This document shows, piece by piece, positions 38,792 through 48,923 of a DNA stretch of 64,000 nucleotides (the first letter of the stretch is position 1; every line of letters starts with the position of its first letter). A program made the position numbers and the translations under genes. The notes under the pieces are model-generated. The model was not told where the DNA came from, searched no databases, and saw only the letters and a program-made list of their open reading frames with translations. The DNA comes from a virus. The stretch is taken from positions 44,672 through 108,671 of IMG/VR virus record IMGVR_UViG_3300042007_000202, one strand, 5' to 3'.

Positions 38792-39100
38792 TCAGGCGCC
38801 GTCCCGGGCGGTGAGCTTGCGCAGGCTGGCGGCGATGTCCGCGAGGGACAGCGCGATGGACACCTGGGCCAGGGGGGCGACGTTCTGGGAGTCGACCCCG
38901 GCCAGGAGGACGCCGGTGTACTCGGGTCCGGGGAGGTTGACCCGGCGGCCGAGTTCGGCGTTGATGGCGGACACGGCGTCCAGCGGCTCCTCCGGGATGC
39001 CCGTGGGCTGGCCGGAGGCCTTCCGCCTTTGCGTGTCGTCGAAGCTGCTCATTTGGCTTGAACCCTCGCTTTGGTCGATCCTATCGATGCCGTGTGTCAT
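38792..39100 (-). CDS. Hypothetical protein (start may be internal, MSSFDD)
   Basis: Behind a degenerate cassette at 39094-39142. Confidence 0.45.
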   Translation of the reverse strand: MTHGIDRIDQSEGSSQMSSFDDTQRRKASGQPTGIPEEPLDAVSAINAELGRRVNLPGPEYTGVLLAGVDSQNVAPLAQVSIALSLADIAASLRKLTARDGA

Positions 39101-39235
39101 GACGTTATCACACGTGATCGTTGTACACGTGCTTTGTGTTGCCCGGCCGGGCGGGCGGGCGGGAGTACCCCCGGCCGGGCGGCCGGGCGGGTCTCGCCGG
39201 TGCGTGCGGGCCGGAGGGCTGCCCCGGCCTGCGCG

Positions 39236-39961
39236 TCAGCCCTCCGGCCCCTCTTCGAGTTCACGCACAGCGGCCCTCAGCCGGTCGCGCGACCGGCGGA
39301 AGAACTCGCGAGGCGGGAGATCGTCCTCGGGGTTTTCCACGGGCAGGCGGGGGCTGGGCCAGGTCTTGCCGACGCGGAAGGCCGGGCGGCCGAACCAGAC
39401 GGTGGCCATGTCCCAGGTGTAGAGGGACGGGACGCCGCTGTCGGGGTCGGGCAGGCGCGTCTGGACCATCCCCTGGTGGGTCAGGTAGACCCCGGCGATC
39501 CCCGTGGACAGCATCGCCTTCCAGTCGATCATCCTGGACATGATGCCGGTGCGAAGGCCGCAGGTTTCCAGGAGCCGGGACAACGGGTGGTCGTCCTGGG
39601 GGAACGCGGCGTACAGGGCGACGGCGTCCTCGGCCCGGTCGACCACGGCGAACGGCGCGGCGGGGGCCGGGAAGATCTGCGTCTGCCACGCGTAGTTGAC
39701 GAACGTCTGCATGCCCTCCTGCTCGCACCACTCCGTCCACGCGGATCGGCGGGGGACGGGGCGCCACTTGCCCTCGGGGAGGACGGCCGGGGACGTCCAG
39801 AGGCCGCCTGAGGGTTTGCTGTCGCCGGGGTGGTTGGTGATGGGGCGCCACTTCTTGCGGGCCATGGTGTGGGGGGCGGGGTCGTGCCGGAGGAGGACCG
39901 GCAGCTCACTGCCGAACCGGATCGGGATCCTGAGATCGCGCCAGGGGCTGCGCGTAGCCAT
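39236..39961 (-). CDS. Hypothetical protein (KP.GGLWTSP...W.EWC family)
   Basis: AAGGA RBS; KPSGGLWTSP, IDW and LYTWD motifs. Confidence 0.6.
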   Translation of the reverse strand: MATRSPWRDLRIPIRFGSELPVLLRHDPAPHTMARKKWRPITNHPGDSKPSGGLWTSPAVLPEGKWRPVPRRSAWTEWCEQEGMQTFVNYAWQTQIFPAPAAPFAVVDRAEDAVALYAAFPQDDHPLSRLLETCGLRTGIMSRMIDWKAMLSTGIAGVYLTHQGMVQTRLPDPDSGVPSLYTWDMATVWFGRPAFRVGKTWPSPRLPVENPEDDLPPREFFRRSRDRLRAAVRELEEGPEG

Positions 39962-40086
39962 GCGGTGGTCCTTCGTTCGTTGCCGTGTGCGAGGGGTCGG
40001 CCGTGGGCCGAAGGGTAGACGCCCCCGGCCGCCGCCCGGCCGGTCTTTACAGGATCGGCAGGAGCGGCGGCCGGGGGCCGGGCGGG

Positions 40087-41145
40087 CTACAGGCGGCCGT
40101 CGGCGGCCAGGACCGCCAGGTTCTTCGCGCGGACCTTGAGCTTCTCCTGGGAGAAGATCGTCCGGCCCATCAGGGTGTCGGTGTTCTTGTAGCGCCGGTC
40201 GTGGTCCAGGTACTCGCCGCCCGCCTGCATCAGGCCGTAGGCCGTGTTGCCGATGCCCTCGCAGGTCGGGGAGTCCAGGATGACGCGGACCTTCTGGCGG
40301 GCGATGGTGACGTTCTCCAGCGCCTTCGGCTTGAGCTTGTGCTCCAGCTTGGTCGGGTAGACGAACTCGTCGACCCAGCGGCTGACCTGCTCGTCCGAGA
40401 CGGTCTTGAGGATCATCTCGTCAGCCAGCTCGGCGTAGGCCTTCATCTCCTTCTCGGCGCCGGACAGGGCCGCCTTGACGTCGGCCTGGAGCTCGGCCAT
40501 GCGCTGGCGCCACTGGGAGCGGTGGTGGAAGGCGAAGGTGGTGGCGCTGGCCTCGGACTGGGTGTCGGCGTAGTGCCAGGTGTTGGCGCAGACCACGCGG
40601 ATGTTCGTGGCGATGGCCTTGCAGGCGCCGTGGCCGTCGTGGCGGTTGAGGAGCGCGATGTAGCGGGCGGTGGGGCTGGGGTCGCCCTTGATCTCCAGGA
40701 AGTCGCCCATCTGGAGCAGCGCCCACACCTGGCGCCCGCTGTCCAGGCACCCGGCGGTCTCGAACTTGATCTCGTGCCCCGACATGAACGTCTCGATGAT
40801 GTCGCCCATGTCGGAGTTGGTGATCAGCTCGTACTGCTCCAGGGCGGTGTCCAGCACCATGTTGTTGTCGGAGCGGACGATGAGCTTGTGGCCCTCCACC
40901 GCCTCGTAGGTGGTGGTGGGCTCGCCGTCCACGACGGCCGGGACCCGGCGGTACAGGGGCTCCTCGATGGGGTCCCAGTCCAGCCCGGCCGGGACGCGCG
41001 CCTCCTGCCACGTCTTCGGCGCCTCCTCCAGGATCACGGTCCGGCCGTCCTGGCCGGTCTCCCCGTAGTGCCACGGGAGCTCCCGCAGCGGCGCGTTCGC
41101 GCCTTCCTGGTGGACGCTGAACATCTTTTCGACCTTGTGTGCCAT
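40087..41145 (-). CDS. DUF932/DUF945-family phage/plasmid protein
   Basis: PWH.G, AGLDW, ETAGCL..GR.VW, LLN.HDG, IRVVCANT and T.YGL..A..EY.DH motifs. Confidence 0.8.
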   Translation of the reverse strand: MAHKVEKMFSVHQEGANAPLRELPWHYGETGQDGRTVILEEAPKTWQEARVPAGLDWDPIEEPLYRRVPAVVDGEPTTTYEAVEGHKLIVRSDNNMVLDTALEQYELITNSDMGDIIETFMSGHEIKFETAGCLDSGRQVWALLQMGDFLEIKGDPSPTARYIALLNRHDGHGACKAIATNIRVVCANTWHYADTQSEASATTFAFHHRSQWRQRMAELQADVKAALSGAEKEMKAYAELADEMILKTVSDEQVSRWVDEFVYPTKLEHKLKPKALENVTIARQKVRVILDSPTCEGIGNTAYGLMQAGGEYLDHDRRYKNTDTLMGRTIFSQEKLKVRAKNLAVLAADGRL

Positions 41146-41194
41146 GCGGCTTCTTCCTCCTGTGTCGGCGGGGTTGGCCCGGTCCGCTGGGCCG

Positions 41195-41275
41195 ATCCGC
41201 GCGGATTGACGCAACACCAATATTACACACACATGCTGCGTGCGCAAATCCCGTGTCTCTTGTATCTGCGTGGAT
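41195..41275 (-). promoter_or_regulatory. Promoter cassette flanked on both sides by 12-bp palindromes
   Basis: ATCCGCGCGGAT-4-[cassette 41211-41259]-4-ATCTGCGTGGAT. Confidence 0.7.
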
Positions 41276-41311
41276 CGGCCCGGCCGGAGGCGCCCGCCCC
41301 CGCCCGAACAG

Positions 41312-41352
41312 CAGACGGCCCCGTCTCCCTCGGGGGGAGACGGGGCCGTCTG
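41312..41352. terminator. Intrinsic-type hairpin
   Basis: CAGACGGCCCCGTCTCCC/GGGAGACGGGGCCGTCTG. Confidence 0.75.
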
Positions 41353-41369
41353 GGGTGGTCGGCCGACCG

Positions 41370-41780
41370 CTACACGGCCACCGACACCGGCAGCTCACTG
41401 CCGTCGCCGCTGAAGAACGCGGCGGCGGCGGCCAGCTTGCCTCCGCACCGCTCGTCCAGGTTGGCCAGAACAGCCGCCAGCAGGTCCTCCCGGTCCTTCA
41501 CATCCGGGTCCGCCAGGGCGGCATCCAGAGCCTCCTGGATGTGGGCCCGGACGCCGGGGTACATGTCCGCCTGCCCGAGCACGTAGGCGGGAACCTCCCG
41601 CGTGTTCAGGTTCCGTGCTTCGCCGTCCGTGGTCACGACCTGGTACGCCGGGCGTTCGCCGGTCCTGTCGTATCGCTTGTACTGCGGCCCGCCCGCCTCA
41701 TTCATTGCGCGCAGAGCCGCGACCCGGCGGGCGATGGCGTTCTTGCCCAGCTCCGGGGCCGACGGCGCGTACACCGACAT
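41370..41780 (-). CDS. Hypothetical protein
   Basis: Behind a cassette half-site at 41808. Confidence 0.55.
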   Translation of the reverse strand: MSVYAPSAPELGKNAIARRVAALRAMNEAGGPQYKRYDRTGERPAYQVVTTDGEARNLNTREVPAYVLGQADMYPGVRAHIQEALDAALADPDVKDREDLLAAVLANLDERCGGKLAAAAAFFSGDGSELPVSVAV

Positions 41781-41852
41781 CCTGATCACCTTCTTCCCAT
41801 GGTCTATGAGACACCAGTATTGCACGCGCGTGATGCGTCAGCCATCGTGCAC

Positions 41853-42386
41853 TCACTCGCCCGGCTGTTCGGACGGCAGCTCAGAGTCGGATTCCGCCTC
41901 AGGACTCGGGGCGGGTTCGGCCCGCTGAGCACGGCGGCGCTGGGCTTCGCTGGTGATCCCGGCGATGTCGACCAGGGCCGCGCGCACCTGGCGCGTGACG
42001 CATCCGGGGAGCGACGCCAGCAGCTCCACTGAGCCCTCCCAGCCCCCGTCGGCACGCAGGTCGGCCAGGGCGCGGCCGAACACCCGGCGCACCACGTAGT
42101 CGCCCATGGAGCCCCAGTCCGTACGCTCGCGCAGCGCCTTGGCTCTGGGGCTGCCGAGGCTGGACGCCTCCAGCAGCTCCGCGAACTCGCGCTCCTGCTC
42201 GGTGGGTGCCGCCTCGGTGCCGGTGCGGGCGGCCACGTCGCCCGGCGGGATGTCCAAGGCCGCCGCCACGGCGGAGTCGAACTCCTCCACCAGTCCACGC
42301 AGATGGGGATCGTCTTGGGCGTAGTAGCGCAGGCGGCCCAGAGTGGAGAGTGCGGCGGCATGCGTGATGGCGTCCATGCTGGTCAC
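41853..42386 (-). CDS. Hypothetical protein
   Basis: Coupled to the upstream stop. Confidence 0.5.
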   Translation of the reverse strand: MTSMDAITHAAALSTLGRLRYYAQDDPHLRGLVEEFDSAVAAALDIPPGDVAARTGTEAAPTEQEREFAELLEASSLGSPRAKALRERTDWGSMGDYVVRRVFGRALADLRADGGWEGSVELLASLPGCVTRQVRAALVDIAGITSEAQRRRAQRAEPAPSPEAESDSELPSEQPGE

Positions 42387-43564
42387 TAGGAGCCCTCCTC
42401 CAGGTTCACGACGGCGGCCGGGGTGGCGCCGCCTTCCTTGCGGCGGCGGATCTCTGCCTTGGTCATGCGGCGGACGGCCACAGCCGATTCGCACTCCTTG
42501 TCGCCCACGCCGTAGCGGGCGGGCTCCTTCACCCGGCGGACGGCGAACCCGCGCCCCGGCAGGATCTCCTCCAGCCGGGCCAGCGCCTCCGCGTTGGGTA
42601 CCACCGTTCCGGTGTCCGGGTTGTACCAGCCGATCATCTCCTCGTAGGGCTCGATCAGCTTCTCATCGCGGTAGAACTTGCTGCTCATGACGGTGTAGCC
42701 GGGGGTGCGGTAGGAGCGCCACTCGTCCTTGAGGCCGAGGGCGGAGGCCATGCCCTTGGTCGTGGGCATGGGGTCCTGGGTGGACTCCACGGCTTCCAGC
42801 CAGTCTTCGTAGACCGCGCCGAGCGCCTTGTGCAGGGACTCGCCCGGCTTGCACCGGCCGCACAGCTTCGTCGGCAGCCTGTCTGCGGTGGCCCGGCCGC
42901 GCGCGTAGCGGAACGCCCCGGCCAGCAGCACCTCCTGTACCTCGGCCTTGCGGGCGTACTTGTAGGCGTTGGGGTAGGACAGGTTTTCGTGGCCCTTGGT
43001 GACCGTGCAGCCAGCCACGTGGATGACCGGCACCATCATGTCCGGGGCGACCTTCGTCTCCCGGATGCGCGGCGTGAACGTGACCCAGGTTCGCGGGCCG
43101 AGTTCGGCGTCTTCGCGGTCCTGCGCTTCCTGTGCCGCGCGGGCCTCGGCGCGCCGCTCCTCCTCCTCCGCCTCCCGGCGCATCTCCACGACCTCGTCCC
43201 GGCGCGCGGTCAGGGCGGCGTCGGTGGGGGCGTAGTCGGTCCATGCGTCCTGGAAGGCTGCCCAGTGGCGGCTCTGGGCGGACTCCCATGCGGCGCGGGC
43301 GGCGGCCAGCTTGTCGTCGGCGCGCTGGAGTTCGGCGGTGAAGGTCTCGTACGCCTTGGCCCAGGCGGCGCGTTCCTCGTCGCTGGCGCGGACGGCGTGC
43401 TGGTCGTAGTAGCCCTCGCCGGTGTCGTACGGGTCCACCTCCATGTCGGTGATGGCGTGGACCATGTCGTCGTCGTTGATGTTGTCCAGAACGTCGCTGA
43501 CGCTGCTGTCGCTGTGGAGGCGGTAGTACTTCGGCTTCTCGCCAGGGGTGTCATGCGGTGTCAT
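42386..43564 (-). CDS. Hypothetical protein (coiled coil plus H..C..CxxC motif)
   Basis: VIHVAGC...KLCGRC. Confidence 0.6.
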   Translation of the reverse strand: MTPHDTPGEKPKYYRLHSDSSVSDVLDNINDDDMVHAITDMEVDPYDTGEGYYDQHAVRASDEERAAWAKAYETFTAELQRADDKLAAARAAWESAQSRHWAAFQDAWTDYAPTDAALTARRDEVVEMRREAEEEERRAEARAAQEAQDREDAELGPRTWVTFTPRIRETKVAPDMMVPVIHVAGCTVTKGHENLSYPNAYKYARKAEVQEVLLAGAFRYARGRATADRLPTKLCGRCKPGESLHKALGAVYEDWLEAVESTQDPMPTTKGMASALGLKDEWRSYRTPGYTVMSSKFYRDEKLIEPYEEMIGWYNPDTGTVVPNAEALARLEEILPGRGFAVRRVKEPARYGVGDKECESAVAVRRMTKAEIRRRKEGGATPAAVVNLEEGS

Positions 43565-43569
43565 GGGTG

Positions 43570-44199
43570 TCAGTTCTCCAGGAGTCCCCATCCGGCGGGG
43601 CCGCGCCACGTGAGCGGCTGGCCGTCGGCGGGGGTGTCGTAGTAGGCCATGGCGGGCGCGGGGGCGTTCGCCTTGACGATGGCGAGCAGCGTATTGAGGC
43701 CGGTGGTCAGGCGCCCTTGCCGGTCCACGCGGATGGGGCTGACGAGGCGGTAGTCCCACTCGCCGTTCGTGAGCTGGGCGGCCATCTCGTTGACGCTGAC
43801 CAGGTCGAAGCAGTCGGCGGCGTACTTGGCGTCGGCGGTGTTGGCGAGGGTCAGTGCGACGCCCGGCTCGAAGATGGCCACCGGGTCTTCGCTGTGCTCG
43901 GTGTCGTCGGGGAAGAGCAGGTGTTCCGCGTGGAACAGGGTCAGGGCGCGGCCCAGCGTGGTCACCACGGTGCCGTCGTCGGTCTTGCGGGCCACGGGGA
44001 CGGGGATGCCGGTCTCCAGGACGGCGTCCGGGACGGCCAGCTCCAGGTTCGGGTCCGCTCCGGCTTTGGCGCGGTGGGCCAGGTCGCGCAGCCAGGCGCC
44101 GAAGGCCGTGGGCAGGGGGGGCCAGATGGCCTGGCGTACGTAGGCGATGGGGTCGGTGGCCGGGTCGGGGCCCGGCGGGGTGTTCCTCGTGTCGCTCAT
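43570..44199 (-). CDS. Hypothetical protein
   Basis: GAGG RBS. Confidence 0.55.
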   Translation of the reverse strand: MSDTRNTPPGPDPATDPIAYVRQAIWPPLPTAFGAWLRDLAHRAKAGADPNLELAVPDAVLETGIPVPVARKTDDGTVVTTLGRALTLFHAEHLLFPDDTEHSEDPVAIFEPGVALTLANTADAKYAADCFDLVSVNEMAAQLTNGEWDYRLVSPIRVDRQGRLTTGLNTLLAIVKANAPAPAMAYYDTPADGQPLTWRGPAGWGLLEN

Positions 44200-44285
44200 G
44201 TCGGCCTCTGTGGAGTTGCGGGTCGGCGGGTGGGCGGCGAGGCCCGGCGGGCGCTGGCAGGTCCTGGGGCGCCCGCCGGGGGCCG

Positions 44286-44537
44286 TCAGGGGCGGGTGGC
44301 CTCGTAGACGGTCAGGTAGAAGACGGGGCCGTCGATCAGCGTGGACCGGACGCGGCCTTCGCGTTCCAGGCGGAGCAGCCGCCGGTGGGTGGAGCGGCGG
44401 GTGGAGCGCAGGGCTTCTGCCACCTCGTGGAGTTCGCTGTGCGGGTTGCGTTCCAGCCAGCGGAGCAGGGCTTCGTCCCTGCGCTGGCCGAGGCGCATCC
44501 GACCGGCGGCCGTCACGTAGTCGGCCAGCGCCATCAT
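44286..44537 (-). CDS. Winged-HTH protein
   Basis: LLRWLERNP..ELHEVAEAL..TRRSTHRRLLRLE.EGRV. Confidence 0.6.
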   Translation of the reverse strand: MMALADYVTAAGRMRLGQRRDEALLRWLERNPHSELHEVAEALRSTRRSTHRRLLRLEREGRVRSTLIDGPVFYLTVYEATRP

Positions 44538-44541
44538 CCGG

Positions 44542-44805
44542 TCACCTCTTCGGGGGGTGGAGCACGACGCCGGGCGCGTGGTCCGGCATGGGGCCGTCGT
44601 CGGGGTTGGGGGCCTTGGGGCATTCGCGGTCTTCGCCTCCGACGAGGTTGCCCACGGTCCAGGGGGCGCCCTCTTCGGCCAGGCTGATGACCTCCCCGCA
44701 GTACGTGCAGCAACTGCGCTTGGGGTAGCCGTCCGGGTCGGGCTCCGGCGGCGAGGGCGGGGGGCCGTGCACCACGGGCGGACTGGCGGGAATGAACGGG
44801 ATCAC
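44542..44805 (-). CDS. Small Cys-containing protein
   Basis: CTYCG...ECP; coupling. Confidence 0.45.
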   Translation of the reverse strand: MIPFIPASPPVVHGPPPSPPEPDPDGYPKRSCCTYCGEVISLAEEGAPWTVGNLVGGEDRECPKAPNPDDGPMPDHAPGVVLHPPKR

Positions 44806-45275
44806 GGTGCCTGCTTCGGGTCGTGTTCGGGGGTGTCCGGCGCGCCGGGGAGGGGGTGGGCGGCCACGTCGGCTTCGAGGATGTCATCGGGGTGGACCTG
44901 TTCGATGCGCTCGCCGTGGCACACGTCCACGTAGAAGCGGCGGGCCACGGCGGTGTCGATGTGGTCGTGCCGTCCCAGGGCGCCGATGTGGGTGTAGCCG
45001 TTGGCGACGACGCGGACGTGGACCGCCTGTCCGGTGGTGCACCCGCGCAGCATCGCGTCCAGCGCCATCCCGGTGTACGGGGGCACGGGGGCGCCCTGGT
45101 CCCTCAGGGCGCTCAGCAGGTGCTTCGCGCGGAGCTGGGGGCAGGGCTTGGTGCCGGTCCAGTGGTGGGCGGTGCAGAAGCCGTGTGCTTCCAGGTCGCA
45201 CGGGGTGTCTTCGTAGAGGTCGGCCACGATGCCGAGGGCGACGGTGAGGGCGGCCTGCTGGCTGAGGAGAGCCAT
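44802..45275 (-). CDS. Hypothetical protein
   Basis: AGGA RBS; PC.L.AHG.C.AH.W....PCP. Confidence 0.55.
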   Translation of the reverse strand: MALLSQQAALTVALGIVADLYEDTPCDLEAHGFCTAHHWTGTKPCPQLRAKHLLSALRDQGAPVPPYTGMALDAMLRGCTTGQAVHVRVVANGYTHIGALGRHDHIDTAVARRFYVDVCHGERIEQVHPDDILEADVAAHPLPGAPDTPEHDPKQAP

Positions 45276-45331
45276 GGGTTCCTGTCTGCGCGGATAGGCC
45301 GGGCGGGCGCCCGCCCGGCCGGGTGGGCGGG

Positions 45332-45670
45332 TCAGGTGAGGGTGATCTCGAAGGCGTCGGGCCAGCCGTGGGTGCGGACGATGCGCTCCTGGTCGGCCTG
45401 GGGGTGCTTGGCGTAGTTCCGGATCAGCGTGGCCATGCGTTCGGTCTGGCGCTGCTTGAGGTGGAGGGGCATGCCGGAGCGGTGGCCGAGCACGATGTAG
45501 GGGCGGTCGCTGGAGTGGCGGGCCCAGCCCGCTTCGAACCGGCCGCGCCGGTCGGTGGAGACCATGATGGCCTTGCGGGTGAAGTGCTCGGCGGCCAGCT
45601 CGCGCAGTTCCTCCAGGAGCGCTTCGGCGGCCAGGGGCATCCGGTTGCCGGGCCGGGGTTTGGTGTTCAC
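45332..45670 (-). CDS. Hypothetical protein
   Basis: GAGGA RBS. Confidence 0.55.
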   Translation of the reverse strand: MNTKPRPGNRMPLAAEALLEELRELAAEHFTRKAIMVSTDRRGRFEAGWARHSSDRPYIVLGHRSGMPLHLKQRQTERMATLIRNYAKHPQADQERIVRTHGWPDAFEITLT

Positions 45671-45718
45671 GGTGGCTTGGTCCTCTCTCGATCTGCGCGG
45701 ATCGGGTGGGGGTGCTGT

Positions 45719-46855
45719 TCAGCGCATGGGGTGGTTGGTGATGGTGCGGCCGTCGTCCTTCGCCGCGTTCACCGGGATCGGCGCCAGCCAGTGGATGTCG
45801 ATCTCCTGGCGGCCGGGGCCGACCCGGTACAGGTGCAGGTGTGCGCCGCGCACGTGGGGGCGGACCTTCTTGCCGGTCCCCGGGCCGAGCTGGGCGGCGG
45901 CGGGCGGGCGGCGGATGTGGTCGGCGATGACCGAGCCGGTGACCCAGCCCAGGCGGCGGACGCGGGGGGACTTGGGGCGCCGGGGCTTGCCTTTGGCGGC
46001 CGGGGGGCGGATGGCGCGGGGCTTGGCGTCCACCTCCGCGCTCCGGGAGCACGCGTACAGCAGGTGTGCCACGGCGGCGCGGGCGCACGTGGTCATGTAG
46101 GTGCGGCGGGTGTCGTCGTCGGTGCGGCGCAGGCGGACGTCCGGCGCCCAGGCGAACGTCTTGTCGACGATCACTTCCACCAGCTCGTCGATGGTGAACT
46201 CCCCGCTGAGGGGGACGGAGAACTGGACGGCGTCAAGGTCCTGGACGCGGTTGTCGGCGGTCAGCACCGTGGAGTGGACGACCACCCGGTAGGCGTTGGC
46301 CTCGGGGTCGTGGGTGTCCACGGGGATGCCCTGGCCCGTCTCCATGGCCGCGCGCATCTGCCCCACGTAGGGGTAGCGCGGGCTGACCACACCCGTCACG
46401 GTGACGGCGATGATCCGCCCGGGGAGTCCGTCCGCGTGGACCAGCTCGGGGGCGCCCGGCAGCAGGAACATGGGGTTGATGTGGGGCAGCCGGGTGAGCA
46501 CCGCGCCGGGGATCTTGACGTCGGACTTGAGTTCCATCAGCTTCGCCGTCATGGCGGGGTGGGGCTCGTAGGTGTCGCGCTGGGCCTCCCAGAGCCGGTG
46601 CAGCCGCAGTTCGCCCGCCGCCTGGACCATCCGCTGCTGATCGGCGTAGCCCAGCTTCCTGAGCGCGTCTTCGATCTGGGCGGTCGGGACCTTGCCGGGC
46701 CCGCTCAGGAGCCCGTCCAGGCCGAGCTTGCGCAGCTTGCGCTCACTGTAGGCCGCGCTGTCCTGGATCGTGTCCGCGATCCACTCGGCGGTGTACGGGT
46801 CCGGCGCGGGGGGTGGCGGGTAGAGCGGGTGGTCCAGGAGGACGGACGGGGCCAC
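45719..46855 (-). CDS. Hypothetical protein with a C-terminal PHxRxxH...GPGR...W motif
   Basis: RPHVRGAHLHLYRVGPGRQEIDIHWLAPIPVN. Confidence 0.6.
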   Translation of the reverse strand: MAPSVLLDHPLYPPPPAPDPYTAEWIADTIQDSAAYSERKLRKLGLDGLLSGPGKVPTAQIEDALRKLGYADQQRMVQAAGELRLHRLWEAQRDTYEPHPAMTAKLMELKSDVKIPGAVLTRLPHINPMFLLPGAPELVHADGLPGRIIAVTVTGVVSPRYPYVGQMRAAMETGQGIPVDTHDPEANAYRVVVHSTVLTADNRVQDLDAVQFSVPLSGEFTIDELVEVIVDKTFAWAPDVRLRRTDDDTRRTYMTTCARAAVAHLLYACSRSAEVDAKPRAIRPPAAKGKPRRPKSPRVRRLGWVTGSVIADHIRRPPAAAQLGPGTGKKVRPHVRGAHLHLYRVGPGRQEIDIHWLAPIPVNAAKDDGRTITNHPMR

Positions 46856-46867
46856 GGCGGGACTCTC

Positions 46868-47749
46868 TCAATCTGCGTGGATGGACTCGGTGGGGGTGCC
46901 GAGCGCGGAGGTCAGGACGGTGAGGTCAGCGAGCGCGTCGCGCTTCGCTTCGTCGGCGGTCGGCCGGACCACGAGGGTGCGGCCGTCAGCGACCTGGATG
47001 ACGCGGAAGCCGCCCTCGGGGTGGACGGCCTCCAGCCGGAGCACAATGCCACGGGCGCGGAAGTCCTCGCGCCAGTAGCCCACCTCCTCGGCGCGCAGTC
47101 GCTCCATGCGGTAGCCGCCGCGCGTGTTGAGCAGGCCGTTCCCGCGTAAGGCTGCGCCGGTCTGCGTGGATGCGCGCACCCGGGCCAGCTCGCGGCCGTC
47201 GCTCCTGGCGGTCAGGCGCCACACGTCGGTGCGCTCGCCGCGCGGGGCCGGGATGCCGCCGGGCAGCGGGCACTGGCCGGTCATGTGGCGGAGCATCATC
47301 ACCTGGTCCAGCAGCCGTTCCACCGGCCACGCCAGGGCCTCCTGGTACGCCTTGCACACGCTGTAGCGCGCGGAGCGGGCGGGGCTGCCTTCCAGGGCGG
47401 CGGCGGGCGCGGTGTGCGCCACGTACGCGGCGGCGTGCTCGCGCTGCGAGCGGCGCAGGGCGCCTTCCTGGTTGGCGATGATCAGGTCCAGCTCGGCCAT
47501 CTCTTCGGCGTCCGGCATCTGCGGCAGGAGCTGCGCACTCCAGTCGACCGTGACGTACCGGGTGGTGGTGCCGTTGCGGTGGCGGCGGATGCGTTCGGTG
47601 GTGGTGCGCGTCATCTCCGCGAGGCCCCTGCGTTCCAGGGCCTCGGCGGTGGTGCGGGCGACGCGGTGCGTGCCGCCGCTGTGGATCTTTCCGTCAGGGG
47701 CCTCGCGCAGGGCGTCGTAGGCCCTGGTTTGCGCCTTGCTGAGCTTCAT
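46868..47749 (-). CDS. Hypothetical early protein
   Basis: First gene behind the cassette at 47781-47829. Confidence 0.6.
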   Translation of the reverse strand: MKLSKAQTRAYDALREAPDGKIHSGGTHRVARTTAEALERRGLAEMTRTTTERIRRHRNGTTTRYVTVDWSAQLLPQMPDAEEMAELDLIIANQEGALRRSQREHAAAYVAHTAPAAALEGSPARSARYSVCKAYQEALAWPVERLLDQVMMLRHMTGQCPLPGGIPAPRGERTDVWRLTARSDGRELARVRASTQTGAALRGNGLLNTRGGYRMERLRAEEVGYWREDFRARGIVLRLEAVHPEGGFRVIQVADGRTLVVRPTADEAKRDALADLTVLTSALGTPTESIHAD

Positions 47750-47780
47750 GTGGCTTGGTCCCTCAGTCGCGGTGCCGTGT

Positions 47781-47829
47781 GAGACATGACGTTATCACCG
47801 GGGATTGGTGTGCGCAAATGTTGTGTCAC
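47781..47829 (-). promoter_or_regulatory. Promoter/operator cassette
   Basis: Reverse complement reads GTGACACaacatTTGCGC-17-TAACGTcATGTCTC. Confidence 0.75.
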
Positions 47830-48110
47830 GCGGGCGGGCGGCGGGCCGACCGGCCGGACCAGTCCTCCTCACCTGGCCCGAAGACGTCCAGGAACTCGAC
47901 CGCGCCGTCGGGCGGCAGGCGGTCGATGCGGAAGCTGTCGCCTCCCCGGAAGCGGTGCGGCTCGGGCGGCCGGGCCGTCCAGGTGAGCCGGTCCTTGCGG
48001 GTGATTGCGCAGTCCACCCGGCGGCCGTCGGCCGTGGCGATCCAGCACTCGCTGGGCTCGGCGGGTTCCCCTGGTGTGAGTTCGCGGTCGTATCCGGACT
48101 GGGTGCTCAC
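47826..48110 (-). CDS. Hypothetical protein
   Basis: AGGAAGG RBS, GTG 48110. Confidence 0.45.
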   Translation of the reverse strand: MSTQSGYDRELTPGEPAEPSECWIATADGRRVDCAITRKDRLTWTARPPEPHRFRGGDSFRIDRLPPDGAVEFLDVFGPGEEDWSGRSARRPPA

Positions 48111-48360
48111 CGGTGCCCTTCCTGTTGCTGCTGCGTTCGCTGCTGGCCATCCTGCCGCCCCCTGACGGCCGATTGGGGGAACGGCCGCCCGGAGGGCCCG
48201 CAGGCCGTCCACGGGGCGCCAGGAGGCCGCCAGGCGCCCGCCGGGCCGCGCCTGCGCCCACGGGGGCGCCAGTGACCTCAGGCGCGCAGGGTCGAAGACC
48301 CGAGCACCTGAGGTTGCTGGCGGTGGGCGGTCCAGCGCGCCCTGGGCGCTGGCGAGGGGG

Positions 48361-48880
48361 GTGCAGGGGGGGCGAGGAGCCCCCCTTGCGAGGCCGGGCG
48401 GAAGGGGGGCTGCTGACCCCCCTTGGGGGCCCCGGCCCCCCGCTGCCCGCAGACGGCCGGAAAGGGCCCCTGACCTGCGGGGATGGCCGCCTTCGCGCGC
48501 GCCCACGCGTGCGCGCGCGTTCTTCCTAAAGAGCAGTTTGCTGCAAATCGTCCTCTGACCTGCGCAAACGCGATTTGCAAAGGGGGGCTGTAGCCCCCCT
48601 TCGAATGCCGCAAGGGGGGCTACAGCCCCCCTTTGCGCAGGTCGGCGCAGGAGGGCGTGAATTGTCAGTGTGGCCATGTATCGACATCTCGACAGACACG
48701 CGTTCGTAGCTCTTCGGGTGATTGCACGCTGGTGAGCGGGGTGATACGCAGGGTGAACGTTGGACAACCGGGCGGCCGGGCGGCCGGGCGGGCGGCCGAG
48801 TTCCGTCACCCCTTCGGTGGACATGACACCAGGGTTGCGGGGGCACCAGACCCCCCTTAAGTTATGGTGTCGCATAACTT
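48361..48880. repeat. Probable replication origin: clustered GGGGGG-N-CCCCCC palindromes and a long inverted repeat
   Basis: Non-coding; AAAGGGGGGCTGTAGCCCCCCT and its inverse at 48579-48634, nested in GACCTGCGCAAA...TTTGCGCAGGTC; directly upstream of the RepL-like genes. Confidence 0.5.
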
Positions 48881-48923
48881 GATCAAGGGCGGCGGAGCGC
48901 AGGTGGGAGAGGGCGTGTGAACG

